This document shows, piece after piece, positions 1 to 7,928 of a DNA stretch of 33,430 nt. How positions within the stretch are numbered: the stretch's first letter is position 1; every line of letters begins with the position of its first letter. The DNA lies in the NCBI GenBank assembly GCA_031414955.1, contig JANOQV010000193.1, positions 1 through 33,430 on the forward strand, written 5' to 3'. Made by a program: the position numbers and the translations under genes. The stretch is from Pedosphaera sp. (GTDB lineage Bacteria > Verrucomicrobiota > Verrucomicrobiia > Limisphaerales > SIBH01). The notes beneath the pieces were generated by a model, which was given only the letters and a program-made list of their open reading frames with translations, was not told the DNA's origin and searched no databases.

Positions 1-57
1 TACACCAACACGACGGGCGTGCCGCAACGCTTCTTCCAATTGCGAGTGGTGGAGTAG
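1..57 (+). CDS. 3' end of a CDS running in from upstream (…YTNTTGVPQRFFQLRVVE*), probably a secreted protein
   Basis: Frame 1 is open to TAG at 55-57. The RFFQL ending resembles C-termini of verrucomicrobial secreted proteins, and a terminator follows. Confidence 0.6.
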   Translation, partial: YTNTTGVPQRFFQLRVVE

Positions 58-87
58 CCGGACGCGCGAAGAGCTTCCATTGCGACC

Positions 88-120
88 GCCCCTCCCGCCG
101 AAAGGCGGGCGGGGCTTTTT
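88..120 (+). terminator. Rho-independent terminator
   Basis: Hairpin GCCCCTCCCGCC-GAAA-GGCGGGCGGGGC followed by TTTTT. Confidence 0.85.
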
Positions 121-319
121 CGTGGATCGGAGCGCGACGCACCGACGTCGCATGGGGCTTGCGCCAGTCCGGTCGCGTGCGAGAGGAGCGGGCGGCCCGG
201 GGCATCGTGAGTCCTGCGCGACGTCGGTGCGGCGCGCTCCAAGAAAAACTCCAACCGTCGCAGGCTGGCGGCGCGACGGTTGGAGTTTGAAACTTGGCTG
301 GAAGTTGACCGGATGAAAT

Positions 320-727
320 TCAGTGGCACCCGCAACCGGTGCCGCAACTGCCCGAATCAAAATCTTCCGCCGCGGGCACGCGTCCCAGCTCGAAAGTCTT
401 CGCGACGTAGGAGGCAACCGTCTCCTGCATCTTGTGGATGGACTGCTGGGCGGCGACGAAATCGCGCGAGACGGGGTCGCCAAAGAATTTTTCCCGGTGC
501 GACTCGTAGTCGGCGATTTCCTCGCCCGAGAGCGGCAGGCTTTGGGCCTGCTTGTGCTGGAGGGATTCGCCCTTGCTGGAAAGAAGCTGGTAGGCCGCCT
601 GCGCCTGTTCGTTCTCCATGAAGGCATCCACCTGCTGGCGGATGGTCTGGTATTCCGGCTGGCTCAGGATGGTCTGGCACAGTTCGCGGGTTTTTTCGAT
701 CACGACGCTCTCGGATATTGTTTCCAT
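320..727 (-). CDS. YlbF/YmcA (RicF/RicA-like) family regulator, 135 aa
   Basis: Helical, Gln/Glu-rich protein (ELCQTILSQPEYQ…KGESLQHKQAQSLPLSGEE) with a C-terminal Cys/Gly tail, SGSCGTGCGCH, as in YlbF. Start set at ATG 727 (METISES). Confidence 0.75.
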   Translation of the reverse strand: METISESVVIEKTRELCQTILSQPEYQTIRQQVDAFMENEQAQAAYQLLSSKGESLQHKQAQSLPLSGEEIADYESHREKFFGDPVSRDFVAAQQSIHKMQETVASYVAKTFELGRVPAAEDFDSGSCGTGCGCH

Positions 728-967
728 AAATAGTTTCGGCCGGTGTTTGACGGCTCGCGGCCAATACAGCACACGCCTCCGCCGGGTGCAAACAGCGATT
801 TCCACTGACCGGTGATGGTTCGCCTTGGGCTACCGCCTGGCGCAGGAAACCTTTGACCCGCCAGCGTCGCGTGATTCACATTGGGCGGGCATGAATTCTC
901 CGGCGCGGCAAAAAAACGAATCCTTTTCGCCGTGGCCGCGTCTGGAAGCCCGTTGACCGAAGCTCGT

Positions 968-2716
968 ATGCAAACAATCTCATTTGCCATTCCTAAGCAC
1001 GTAGTGCAGCAGCGGGTTCGCCCGCCGAAGAAAAACATCCCCCAGACCGCCGGGGAGCGCGCGCGCATCCTGCATGGCATTCGCAATTACGTGGCCGAGC
1101 ACAATCCCGTGCCGCCCATGCCCTCGGACGAATTGAAGGTCCATGCCGACCGGTTGGTGCAGATGCTGGGCGTGGACGCGATCTATCGCGATTACATCGG
1201 CGTGCTGATCAGCAACGAGATGTGGCGCGAGACGCTGGCCCAGGTGCCCTTCGAGAAGCGACTGTTGCTCCTGCCCAAATGCCTGCGCGTGGAGGCAAAA
1301 TGCCCGGCGCCCTTCGATGAATTTGGTTTGCTCTGCAAGCAGTGCGGCCTTTGCACCATCCAGGATTTGCAGGCCGAGGCGGAGAAGCTCGGCTATGCGG
1401 TGCTGGTGGCGGAAGGCTCGGCCATTGTCATGTCGCTCATTCAGACGGGGAAGATCGAGGCCATCGTGGGCGTGAGCTGCCTGCCGGTTTTGGAGCGCGC
1501 GTTTCCCTACATGGAGGCGGCGGCGATTCCCGGCGTGGCCGTGCCGCTGCTCCAGGATGACTGCATCGACACCACCGTCGATCTCGACTGGGTGTGGGAT
1601 TACATCCACCTGAGCAGCGACGACACGACGCGGCGGCTCGACCTCGGCGCGCTGCGTGAGGAAGTGGATTTCTGGTTCACCCCGGCCTCGTTGGATTTGG
1701 TGATGGGTGGGGCGGCGGAGGGCGAGACGGAGAAGATTGCGCGCGAGTGGTTGATGCGCGCGGGCAAGCGGTGGCGGCCGTTCCTCGCCGTCGCCTCCTA
1801 TCAGGCGCTCAAGGAGAATTCCGCCGGCGCGCTGCCGGATGATTTGCGAAAGATCGCGGTGGCGGTGGAGTGCTTCCACAAGGCGTCGCTCATTCACGAC
1901 GACATCGAGGACAACGACGCGCAACGGTACGGTGAGAAGACGTTGCACGAGGAATACGGCGTGGCCGTGGCGCTGAACGTCGGCGACCTGCTGATTGGCG
2001 AAGGTTATCGGCTCATCGGCGAGTGCAAGTCGAGCGCGGCGCAGAAGGTCGAGATGCTGCTTGTGGCGTCGCGCGGCCAGCGCGAGCTGTGCCGGGGGCA
2101 GGGCGCGGAGTTATGTTGGGCGCGTTCGCCGCAGCCGCTCACGTCGCTGCAAGTGCTGGACATCTTCCGCAAGAAAACCGCGCCAGCCTTCGAGGTAGCG
2201 CTGCGACTCGGGGCGATTTATGCCGGGAATGATTTGCACGAGGAAGTCGGCGATGTGCTGCGCAGCTACAGCGAGGCGCTGGGCATAGCGTATCAGATTC
2301 GCGATGATCTGAGCGACCTCGGCGCTGGTGGTGAGACCAATGATCTTGCGGCGATGCGCCCGAGCCTGTTGCTCGCCGTGGCGCACGAGAAGGCGAAGGA
2401 CGCGCAGAAGGAGCAGCTTGTTTCGGTGTGGCGGCGGCAGTTGCCGGCGGGGGTTTCGTTCGAGCAGATCGAGGCGCTGTATTCGGAACTCAAGGCCGAC
2501 GAACGCGCCCGGACATTGCTTGAGACTTACAAGGAGGAGGGCATCCGCTCGCTGCGCGACTTGGAGAACGCCAGCCTCAAGGGATTGCTTCGTCGCGTCA
2601 TCGGCAAGATTTTCAACGACACCGAGATCAAAGGCTGGTGCAAGGAGTTCGAGCAGAAGAACGTGGCGCAGGCCGCGATCCGCATTCCCGAGGTCGAGGT
2701 CGAAATGGCGAAGTAG
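968..2716 (+). CDS. DUF116 domain fused to a polyprenyl diphosphate synthase
   Basis: N-terminal LLLLPKCLR…KCPA…CKQCGLC…IVGVSC is DUF116-like. The C-terminal part has GKRWRP, FARM HDDIED, GQ, KT and SARM QIRDDLSD. Start at ATG 968. Confidence 0.85.
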   Translation: MQTISFAIPKHVVQQRVRPPKKNIPQTAGERARILHGIRNYVAEHNPVPPMPSDELKVHADRLVQMLGVDAIYRDYIGVLISNEMWRETLAQVPFEKRLLLLPKCLRVEAKCPAPFDEFGLLCKQCGLCTIQDLQAEAEKLGYAVLVAEGSAIVMSLIQTGKIEAIVGVSCLPVLERAFPYMEAAAIPGVAVPLLQDDCIDTTVDLDWVWDYIHLSSDDTTRRLDLGALREEVDFWFTPASLDLVMGGAAEGETEKIAREWLMRAGKRWRPFLAVASYQALKENSAGALPDDLRKIAVAVECFHKASLIHDDIEDNDAQRYGEKTLHEEYGVAVALNVGDLLIGEGYRLIGECKSSAAQKVEMLLVASRGQRELCRGQGAELCWARSPQPLTSLQVLDIFRKKTAPAFEVALRLGAIYAGNDLHEEVGDVLRSYSEALGIAYQIRDDLSDLGAGGETNDLAAMRPSLLLAVAHEKAKDAQKEQLVSVWRRQLPAGVSFEQIEALYSELKADERARTLLETYKEEGIRSLRDLENASLKGLLRRVIGKIFNDTEIKGWCKEFEQKNVAQAAIRIPEVEVEMAK

Positions 2717-2816
2717 TCTTCTCGCCCGACAAATCTGGCCGGCCGACTTTCACGCAAGACCCTGACGCGAGGTCAAACCACCGCGTCGATTCCACAACCT
2801 GAAACTTGTCGGAGGC

Positions 2817-3683
2817 TCAAGGGAGCGGCGGCGTCACAATCCTGTAGAAGCTGTTCGACCCGGTGAGCGAATGTTCCACGGTGAAGACCGTCTGTGTGCC
2901 GGGGTCGGGATAACTCACCAGATCCGTCCAGTTCGTCGAATCCACCACGTTCTTGTATTGCACGGTGTAGTTGGTGCCGGGGGCGGCGGTGAAATCGAAG
3001 GCGAAATTTCCATTCAACACGCGGAGGTTGTTCAGCGCGCGGGTCGGTGGTTGCGGAGGAGGCGCGGTGGTGTATTGCACCGTGAGCAGAGGCTGATTGG
3101 TGCCGGCTTCGCGGGTGGAAAACCGGCGCGCATTCCGCCCGTCCCCTTCGCTGAGGCTGCGCAGCATCCAGCCGTAATTTCCGGCGGCGTTGGAGACCCA
3201 CGATTGCCCCGCCGCCACCAGGCTGGGTGAGGCTGGAAACGTGGCGTAACCGATCGGGCCGATGCTCAACGAGGCGTCGGGCGAGGCGTCAAAATCTCCG
3301 CCGCCTTCCTCCCACCCTCCCAATCCGGTCGCGAACCAGCTCGCGCCCGTCTCGGTCCAGTCGGCGAGGAGCCGGTTGAGGACGTGGGTGTCGAAGACCG
3401 TGCCGAGGCTGGCGTCCACCAGGACCGTGACGCGCAATGTCACCGAGGTTAGGACCGCGTCGGAGGGGATGCTGCTCAGATCAAAGCGCAGCAGGCCGCG
3501 CGACATCACGTTGGCTCGGCCGGGATCGAGATGGCCTACGATCATGTGGCCCGAGATGCCGTCGGCTCGGGCCAGACCGTCTTCCGAGATGGTGGTGTCG
3601 GCGGAGTTCGTGAACGTGGCCGTGGCGCCGAACAGTCGTGGACAAAGCCCGACGGCGAGCACGAGCAGCAGGAGCGGTTTCAT
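2817..3683 (-). CDS. Secreted DNRLRE/disaggregatase-related domain protein with a C-terminal verrucomicrobial-type domain
   Basis: Signal peptide MKPLLLLVLAVGL; ADTTISE…RGLLRFDLSSIP…W.E..ASW…NYGWML…FSTRE…P.L.V.Y; C-terminal YTVQYK…W…FYRI. Start at ATG 3683. Confidence 0.75.
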   Translation of the reverse strand: MKPLLLLVLAVGLCPRLFGATATFTNSADTTISEDGLARADGISGHMIVGHLDPGRANVMSRGLLRFDLSSIPSDAVLTSVTLRVTVLVDASLGTVFDTHVLNRLLADWTETGASWFATGLGGWEEGGGDFDASPDASLSIGPIGYATFPASPSLVAAGQSWVSNAAGNYGWMLRSLSEGDGRNARRFSTREAGTNQPLLTVQYTTAPPPQPPTRALNNLRVLNGNFAFDFTAAPGTNYTVQYKNVVDSTNWTDLVSYPDPGTQTVFTVEHSLTGSNSFYRIVTPPLP

Positions 3684-3787
3684 GGGGCCGATGCAAAGGG
3701 GATCAGCGCGGCGGGTCAATGGTGTTCTGGGGAGTTTCGGGCAAACCCGTAATTGCGGCCCGCTCGGGCCTGCGCTAGAACGTCGCC

Positions 3788-4600
3788 GTGTTCACCCTGG
3801 GGAAATGGTTGCCGTCCGGGTCGGGTCGCCGAAGCTGGCGCGAAGTCGCGTGGGGATCGCTGCTCGTGGGGGGGGTGTCATTGATCGTGATTTCCTGCGC
3901 CACGCTGGAGCGCACGGTTATTCCGCCTCCTGAGATTGAAGGGGCCACTTTCACGGGCAACAAATCCTGCGTCGATTGCCACGCGAATTACACCCGCACC
4001 TTTGCCGCCAGTCCGCACGCCCGCCTCCATCTGCCGGGGGGCAAGTTGCCCGGCGGAACCGGCTGTGAATCCTGCCACGGTGCGGGCAGCAAACACATCG
4101 CGGCGGGTGGCGGACGGAAGTTCATTTTCAATCCCGGCAAGGACGCGCAGGCCTGCTTTAACTGCCATTTGGAAACTCACGCCGAGTTCAACCTCCCGCA
4201 GCATCATCCCGTGCGCGAAGGCAAGATGAACTGTGGGCAATGCCACGACCCGCACGGGGCTGACATCATGAAGCCCGCGGGCGGAGTCGCCATGGCCCGC
4301 GCCAACGAGCAGTGCGCGAGCTGTCATCGCGAGCAATCCCGGCGCTTCGTCTTCGAGCACGAGGCGCTGCGCGAAGGCTGCGTGACCTGTCACCAGCCGC
4401 ACGGCTCGATCAACCGCAAGATGCTCGTGCAGTCCGATCCGAATCTCTGTCTGCGCTGCCACGCGCAAGCCCAGAAGCGCGGGCGCATCTTCATCGGCGA
4501 TGAAGATCACACCGGCTTATTGAACCGCGGCACCTGCTGGACCTCCGGCTGCCACACGGCCGTGCATGGCTCGAACATTGACCGGCTTCTGAGATACTAG
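3788..4600 (+). CDS. MtrA/DmsE/PioA-like multiheme c-type cytochrome (7 CxxCH plus 1 CxxxxCH), probable lipoprotein
   Basis: Motifs CVDCH, CESCH, CFNCH, CGQCH, CASCH, CVTCH, CLRCH and CWTSGCH. Family signatures HPVREGKMNC, FEH, PHGS.N and C-terminal VHGSN. Lipobox-like IVISC; GTG start. Confidence 0.85.
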   Translation: MFTLGKWLPSGSGRRSWREVAWGSLLVGGVSLIVISCATLERTVIPPPEIEGATFTGNKSCVDCHANYTRTFAASPHARLHLPGGKLPGGTGCESCHGAGSKHIAAGGGRKFIFNPGKDAQACFNCHLETHAEFNLPQHHPVREGKMNCGQCHDPHGADIMKPAGGVAMARANEQCASCHREQSRRFVFEHEALREGCVTCHQPHGSINRKMLVQSDPNLCLRCHAQAQKRGRIFIGDEDHTGLLNRGTCWTSGCHTAVHGSNIDRLLRY

Positions 4601-4601
4601 G

Positions 4602-7088
4602 ATGAAGTCCAAGGTCCAAGGTCCAACTCCGATGAATCGCGAGCAAGCGTCCAAGGTCATCAGCGAGCGTTCGCGACTTTGGACTTTGGGCCTTGGACTT
4701 TGGACCGCCTTCGCCGCCTTCGCCGCCGATGTTGACGTCTCAAAACTTCCGCCGCCCGCCGCCCGCCCGGTGGATTTTGCCTCTGACATCAAACCGATCT
4801 TCGAGGCCGCCTGCTTGCGGTGTCACGGGACGGAAAAACCCAAGGGCCGGTTCAGCCTGGCCACGCGCGACACGGCGCTGAAGGGTGGCGACAACGGTGT
4901 CGCCATCATTCCCGGCGACAGCGCGAGGAGTCTGCTCATCCACTTCGTGGCCGGATTGGTCGCGGATTCCGAGATGCCGCCCAGCGGCAAGGGCGACCCG
5001 CTGACCCGCGAGCAGGTGGCCTTGCTGCGCGCCTGGATCGATCAGGGCGTCGTCTGGGAGAGAATTGATTTCGCCGCGCAACAGGCCGCGCAGTTCTCGT
5101 TCACGCCCGCCGTGCGCTGGGTCACGGTCAGCGGCAACGCGCAGAAATTTCAAGAGCATCAGTGGGTGCGGCGCGGCTTCTCCGGCGGGCTGGCGGATTT
5201 TCGTCTCGCCCAGAAGTTGACCAACGGCGCGTCCTTCGTCGCGGAAGGCCGCGCCATGACCGACGACTACAAGATCACCCTTGATGTGCGGAAGGAGGAC
5301 GTGGGCTTCGCGCGGTTCGGCGTGGATCAGTTCCGGCACTACTACGATGACCACGGGCCGTACTATCCGTTTCGCGTCAGCGGCTTCAGTTCGCAGACGC
5401 CGAACATCTTCTCGCTTGAACGCGACCTGCATCTCGACACCGGCAAAGCCTTTGCCGAATTCGGCCTGACCAAGCCCGGCTGGCCGCAGATCGTTCTCGG
5501 CTACGAGCATCAGTATCGCGAGGGCAGCAAATCCACCGAGGAATGGGGCGAGGTGACGCAGGCGACGTCGAGTGGGCCGGTGGTGAAGCACATTTATCCC
5601 GCGCGCCAGGATGTTCGCGACGAGGCTCACATCCTCCGGCTGGATGTGTCGCACGAGCTGGCCGGGGTGAGGTTCGAGGACAATCTGCGCGCCGAGTTCT
5701 GGTCGCTTGACACGAAGCGCACGGCGGACACGCGCTTTGGTTCCGGGCAGATTTATCCCACGTCCATCACGACCACGCGCGAGACGCACGATCAGTTTCT
5801 GGTCGCGAACACGTTGCGGGGCGAGAAGCCGGTCAACGATTGGCTGTTTCTCTCCGCCGGCTACCTCTACTCGCACCTCGAGGCCGAGGCGTCGATGAAT
5901 CAGAGCACGGCGGATGGTGTGGGGTTGCCGGCGCGCGGGCGGTTCTGGCACGTCGATGACATCGTGCTTGATGAGGATGCGCATGTGTTCAATCTGAACG
6001 CACTGGGCGGTCCCTGGCGCGGCTTCACCGTCTCGCTCGGAGCGATGAGCGAATGGTCGCGCCGGCACGGCTTCGGCTATCCAAACACCCGCGAGCGCAT
6101 CTCCGATGCTCCGTCGGTGCCCATGCCCAACGAGTTCGGCCGCGTGGCCAGCGACACCGACAGCGTGAATGTGGAAGAGAGCGTCGCCCTGCGTTACACG
6201 GCGATTCCGGCCACGGTGCTTTTCGCCGAAGCACGCCTGACGCAAGAGCACCGCAACACCTACGAGGAACTGGATGGCGACCACGATTTCCTCCGCGACA
6301 CAGATACGGCGACGGATGGCTTCGAGGGCAAGGTCGGGTTCCAAGTTTCCCCGTGGCGGTTCCTGTCCTTCAGCGCCAGTGGGTTCCAGCGGCGGCGCGA
6401 TTTCGATTATTTCGACCAAGAGGATCAACAGCCGCACGGGGCCGAAGGTGATGGCTACCCGGCCTTCTTCCAATCGCGCCGCACGGAGAGCCAGGGCTTC
6501 AACGCCCGGATGGTGTGGCGTCCGGCCGCGTGGCTCAAGACGACGCTGAGTTACGAGTTGGCCCAGACCGGCCGCGACACGGAGACGGATCATGTGGTCC
6601 TGCAAAGCACCAACCTCATCACGCCCGGCGGCCGGCGGTTTACGAGTGATGATGGCTCCGAGACCTACAGCGCGAACCTGACCGTGATGCCGCTGCGCCG
6701 GTGGTTTCTCTCCGGCACGGTCTCCTGGCAGGAGTCGCGCACCGAGACGGCGGACTACGGGTTTCCCGTGGTCGTGCCGTCTCGCGGCGAGACCCTCAGC
6801 TTGCTGGGCAGTTCCACGTTTGTGTTGAGTGCGAAGACCGACCTGAGCGGCAGCTACACCTTTTCGCGGGCGCGGTTTGGGCAGGATAACTTTGTCAGCG
6901 GGTTGCCTCTGGGTATCGACTACGACCTGCACGGTCTGCAAGTCGGCGTGACCCATCGCTTCAACCCGCGCGTCATGGTGGGGCTGCAATACGGCTTCTA
7001 CCAATACGAGGAGCCAACCGCGCGCGGCTTCAGCGACTATCGCGCCCACCTGATCTACGCCACGCTCACGGTGCGTTTGCCACGGTAG
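4602..7088 (+). CDS. MtrB/PioB-like outer-membrane beta-barrel with an N-terminal planctomycete-type (PSCyt1-like) monoheme cytochrome c domain
   Basis: After a signal peptide (…AFAAFAA), VDFASDIKPIFEAACLRCHG…PGDSARSLLI…MPP…LLRAWIDQG. About 680 aa of amphipathic beta-strand pattern follow, ending HLIYATLTVRLPR. Starts 1 nt after the cytochrome gene. Confidence 0.75.
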   Translation: MKSKVQGPTPMNREQASKVISERSRLWTLGLGLWTAFAAFAADVDVSKLPPPAARPVDFASDIKPIFEAACLRCHGTEKPKGRFSLATRDTALKGGDNGVAIIPGDSARSLLIHFVAGLVADSEMPPSGKGDPLTREQVALLRAWIDQGVVWERIDFAAQQAAQFSFTPAVRWVTVSGNAQKFQEHQWVRRGFSGGLADFRLAQKLTNGASFVAEGRAMTDDYKITLDVRKEDVGFARFGVDQFRHYYDDHGPYYPFRVSGFSSQTPNIFSLERDLHLDTGKAFAEFGLTKPGWPQIVLGYEHQYREGSKSTEEWGEVTQATSSGPVVKHIYPARQDVRDEAHILRLDVSHELAGVRFEDNLRAEFWSLDTKRTADTRFGSGQIYPTSITTTRETHDQFLVANTLRGEKPVNDWLFLSAGYLYSHLEAEASMNQSTADGVGLPARGRFWHVDDIVLDEDAHVFNLNALGGPWRGFTVSLGAMSEWSRRHGFGYPNTRERISDAPSVPMPNEFGRVASDTDSVNVEESVALRYTAIPATVLFAEARLTQEHRNTYEELDGDHDFLRDTDTATDGFEGKVGFQVSPWRFLSFSASGFQRRRDFDYFDQEDQQPHGAEGDGYPAFFQSRRTESQGFNARMVWRPAAWLKTTLSYELAQTGRDTETDHVVLQSTNLITPGGRRFTSDDGSETYSANLTVMPLRRWFLSGTVSWQESRTETADYGFPVVVPSRGETLSLLGSSTFVLSAKTDLSGSYTFSRARFGQDNFVSGLPLGIDYDLHGLQVGVTHRFNPRVMVGLQYGFYQYEEPTARGFSDYRAHLIYATLTVRLPR
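4605..4705. repeat. Inverted heptamer-repeat array at the 5' end of the porin CDS
   Basis: AAGTCCAAGGTCCAAGGTCCAA (4605-4626) is complementary to GACTTTGGACTTTGGGCCTTGGACTTTGGAC (4675-4705). Confidence 0.7.
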
Positions 7089-7090
7089 GA

Positions 7091-7196
7091 ATTGAAACCA
7101 CGACTGGGATTGACACGGATTTCATGGATTCACACAGATTGAAGCAGTGCCAATCCTTGTAATCCGTGTCTGCTCTCCAGTCATTCCTGGTTCAAT
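7091..7196. repeat. Imperfect palindromic element built from CACGGATT-like nonamer units
   Basis: Left arm ATTGAAACCA…GACTGG…GACACGGATTTCATGGATT pairs with right arm AATCCTTGTAATCCGTGTC…CCAGTC…TGGTTCAAT. Lies directly after the porin stop. Confidence 0.65.
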
Positions 7197-7271
7197 CAAA
7201 TCGCGCGAGGTGAGTTTCGCGCCGCGCTGGAAAGCCCGCCGTAAAATTCTAGTCCCCACTGCGGAGAGTTT

Positions 7272-7280
7272 TGCTACGGT
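7272..7280 (+). promoter_or_regulatory. Candidate extended -10 element (TGnTAnnnT) 6 nt upstream of the lemA ATG (leaderless-type promoter)
   Basis: TGC-TACGGT-gcgccc-ATG, with no Shine-Dalgarno. Confidence 0.4.
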
Positions 7281-7286
7281 GCGCCC

Positions 7287-7919
7287 ATGAAAAAGTTTGC
7301 CTTGGGTTGTGGCGGAGTGGTGGGAGTGCTGTTGCTGATCGCGCTGGCCGTGTTCATCGGCGGATGCAACAGCCACAACAAGATGGTCTCGCTGTCGGCG
7401 GCCACCGACGCGCGCTGGGCCGACGTGCAGAATGTTTATCAGCGGCGCTCCGATCTGATTCCCAATCTCGTCTCGACCGTGCAGGGCGCGGCCAACTTCG
7501 AGAAGTCCACCATCACCGAAGTCACCGCCGCGCGCGCTTCGGTGGGGCAGGTGAAGCTCGACGCCGGCACGGCGCCCAAGGACGCCGAGCAACTGAAGCG
7601 ATTCGAGCAGGCTCAGGGCGCTCTGTCCTCCGCACTCTCGCGACTGCTCGTGGTGTCGGAGCGGTATCCTGAACTCCGCGCCACGCAGGCCTTCCGCGAT
7701 TTGCAGGCGCAGCTCGAAGGCACGGAGAACCGCATCGCCGTGGAGCGGCGCAATTTCAACTCCGCCGTGCAGAGCTACAACACGTCGATCCGAACGTTCC
7801 CGAACTCGTTCCTCGCCGGCATGTTCAACTTTGCGGCCAAGCCCTACTTCCAGGCCGCCGCCGGAGCCGAGACTGCGCCCAAAGTGCAATTTGATTTCAA
7901 CAAACCGGCGGCCAAGTAA
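7287..7919 (+). CDS. lemA: LemA family protein
   Basis: N-terminal TM; WADVQNVYQRRSDLIPNLV.TV.G…FEK; ERYPELRA…F..LQ.QLEGTENRIAVERR.FN..V..YN..IR.FP. Confidence 0.95.
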   Translation: MKKFALGCGGVVGVLLLIALAVFIGGCNSHNKMVSLSAATDARWADVQNVYQRRSDLIPNLVSTVQGAANFEKSTITEVTAARASVGQVKLDAGTAPKDAEQLKRFEQAQGALSSALSRLLVVSERYPELRATQAFRDLQAQLEGTENRIAVERRNFNSAVQSYNTSIRTFPNSFLAGMFNFAAKPYFQAAAGAETAPKVQFDFNKPAAK

Positions 7920-7928
7920 GGTCCGCGC

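Noticed and set aside
881..967. Longer N-terminal extensions given by the ORF track (also 805, 3719, 12811, 12832, 13407, 19922, 21153, 23962, 31701)
   Set aside because: The extensions cross intergenic repeats or precede clear signal peptides or domain starts, so downstream starts were chosen.
4740..7049. 769-aa antisense ORF opposite the porin
   Set aside because: Shadow ORF of a GC-rich gene with no recognisable motifs; the + strand gene has clear domains.
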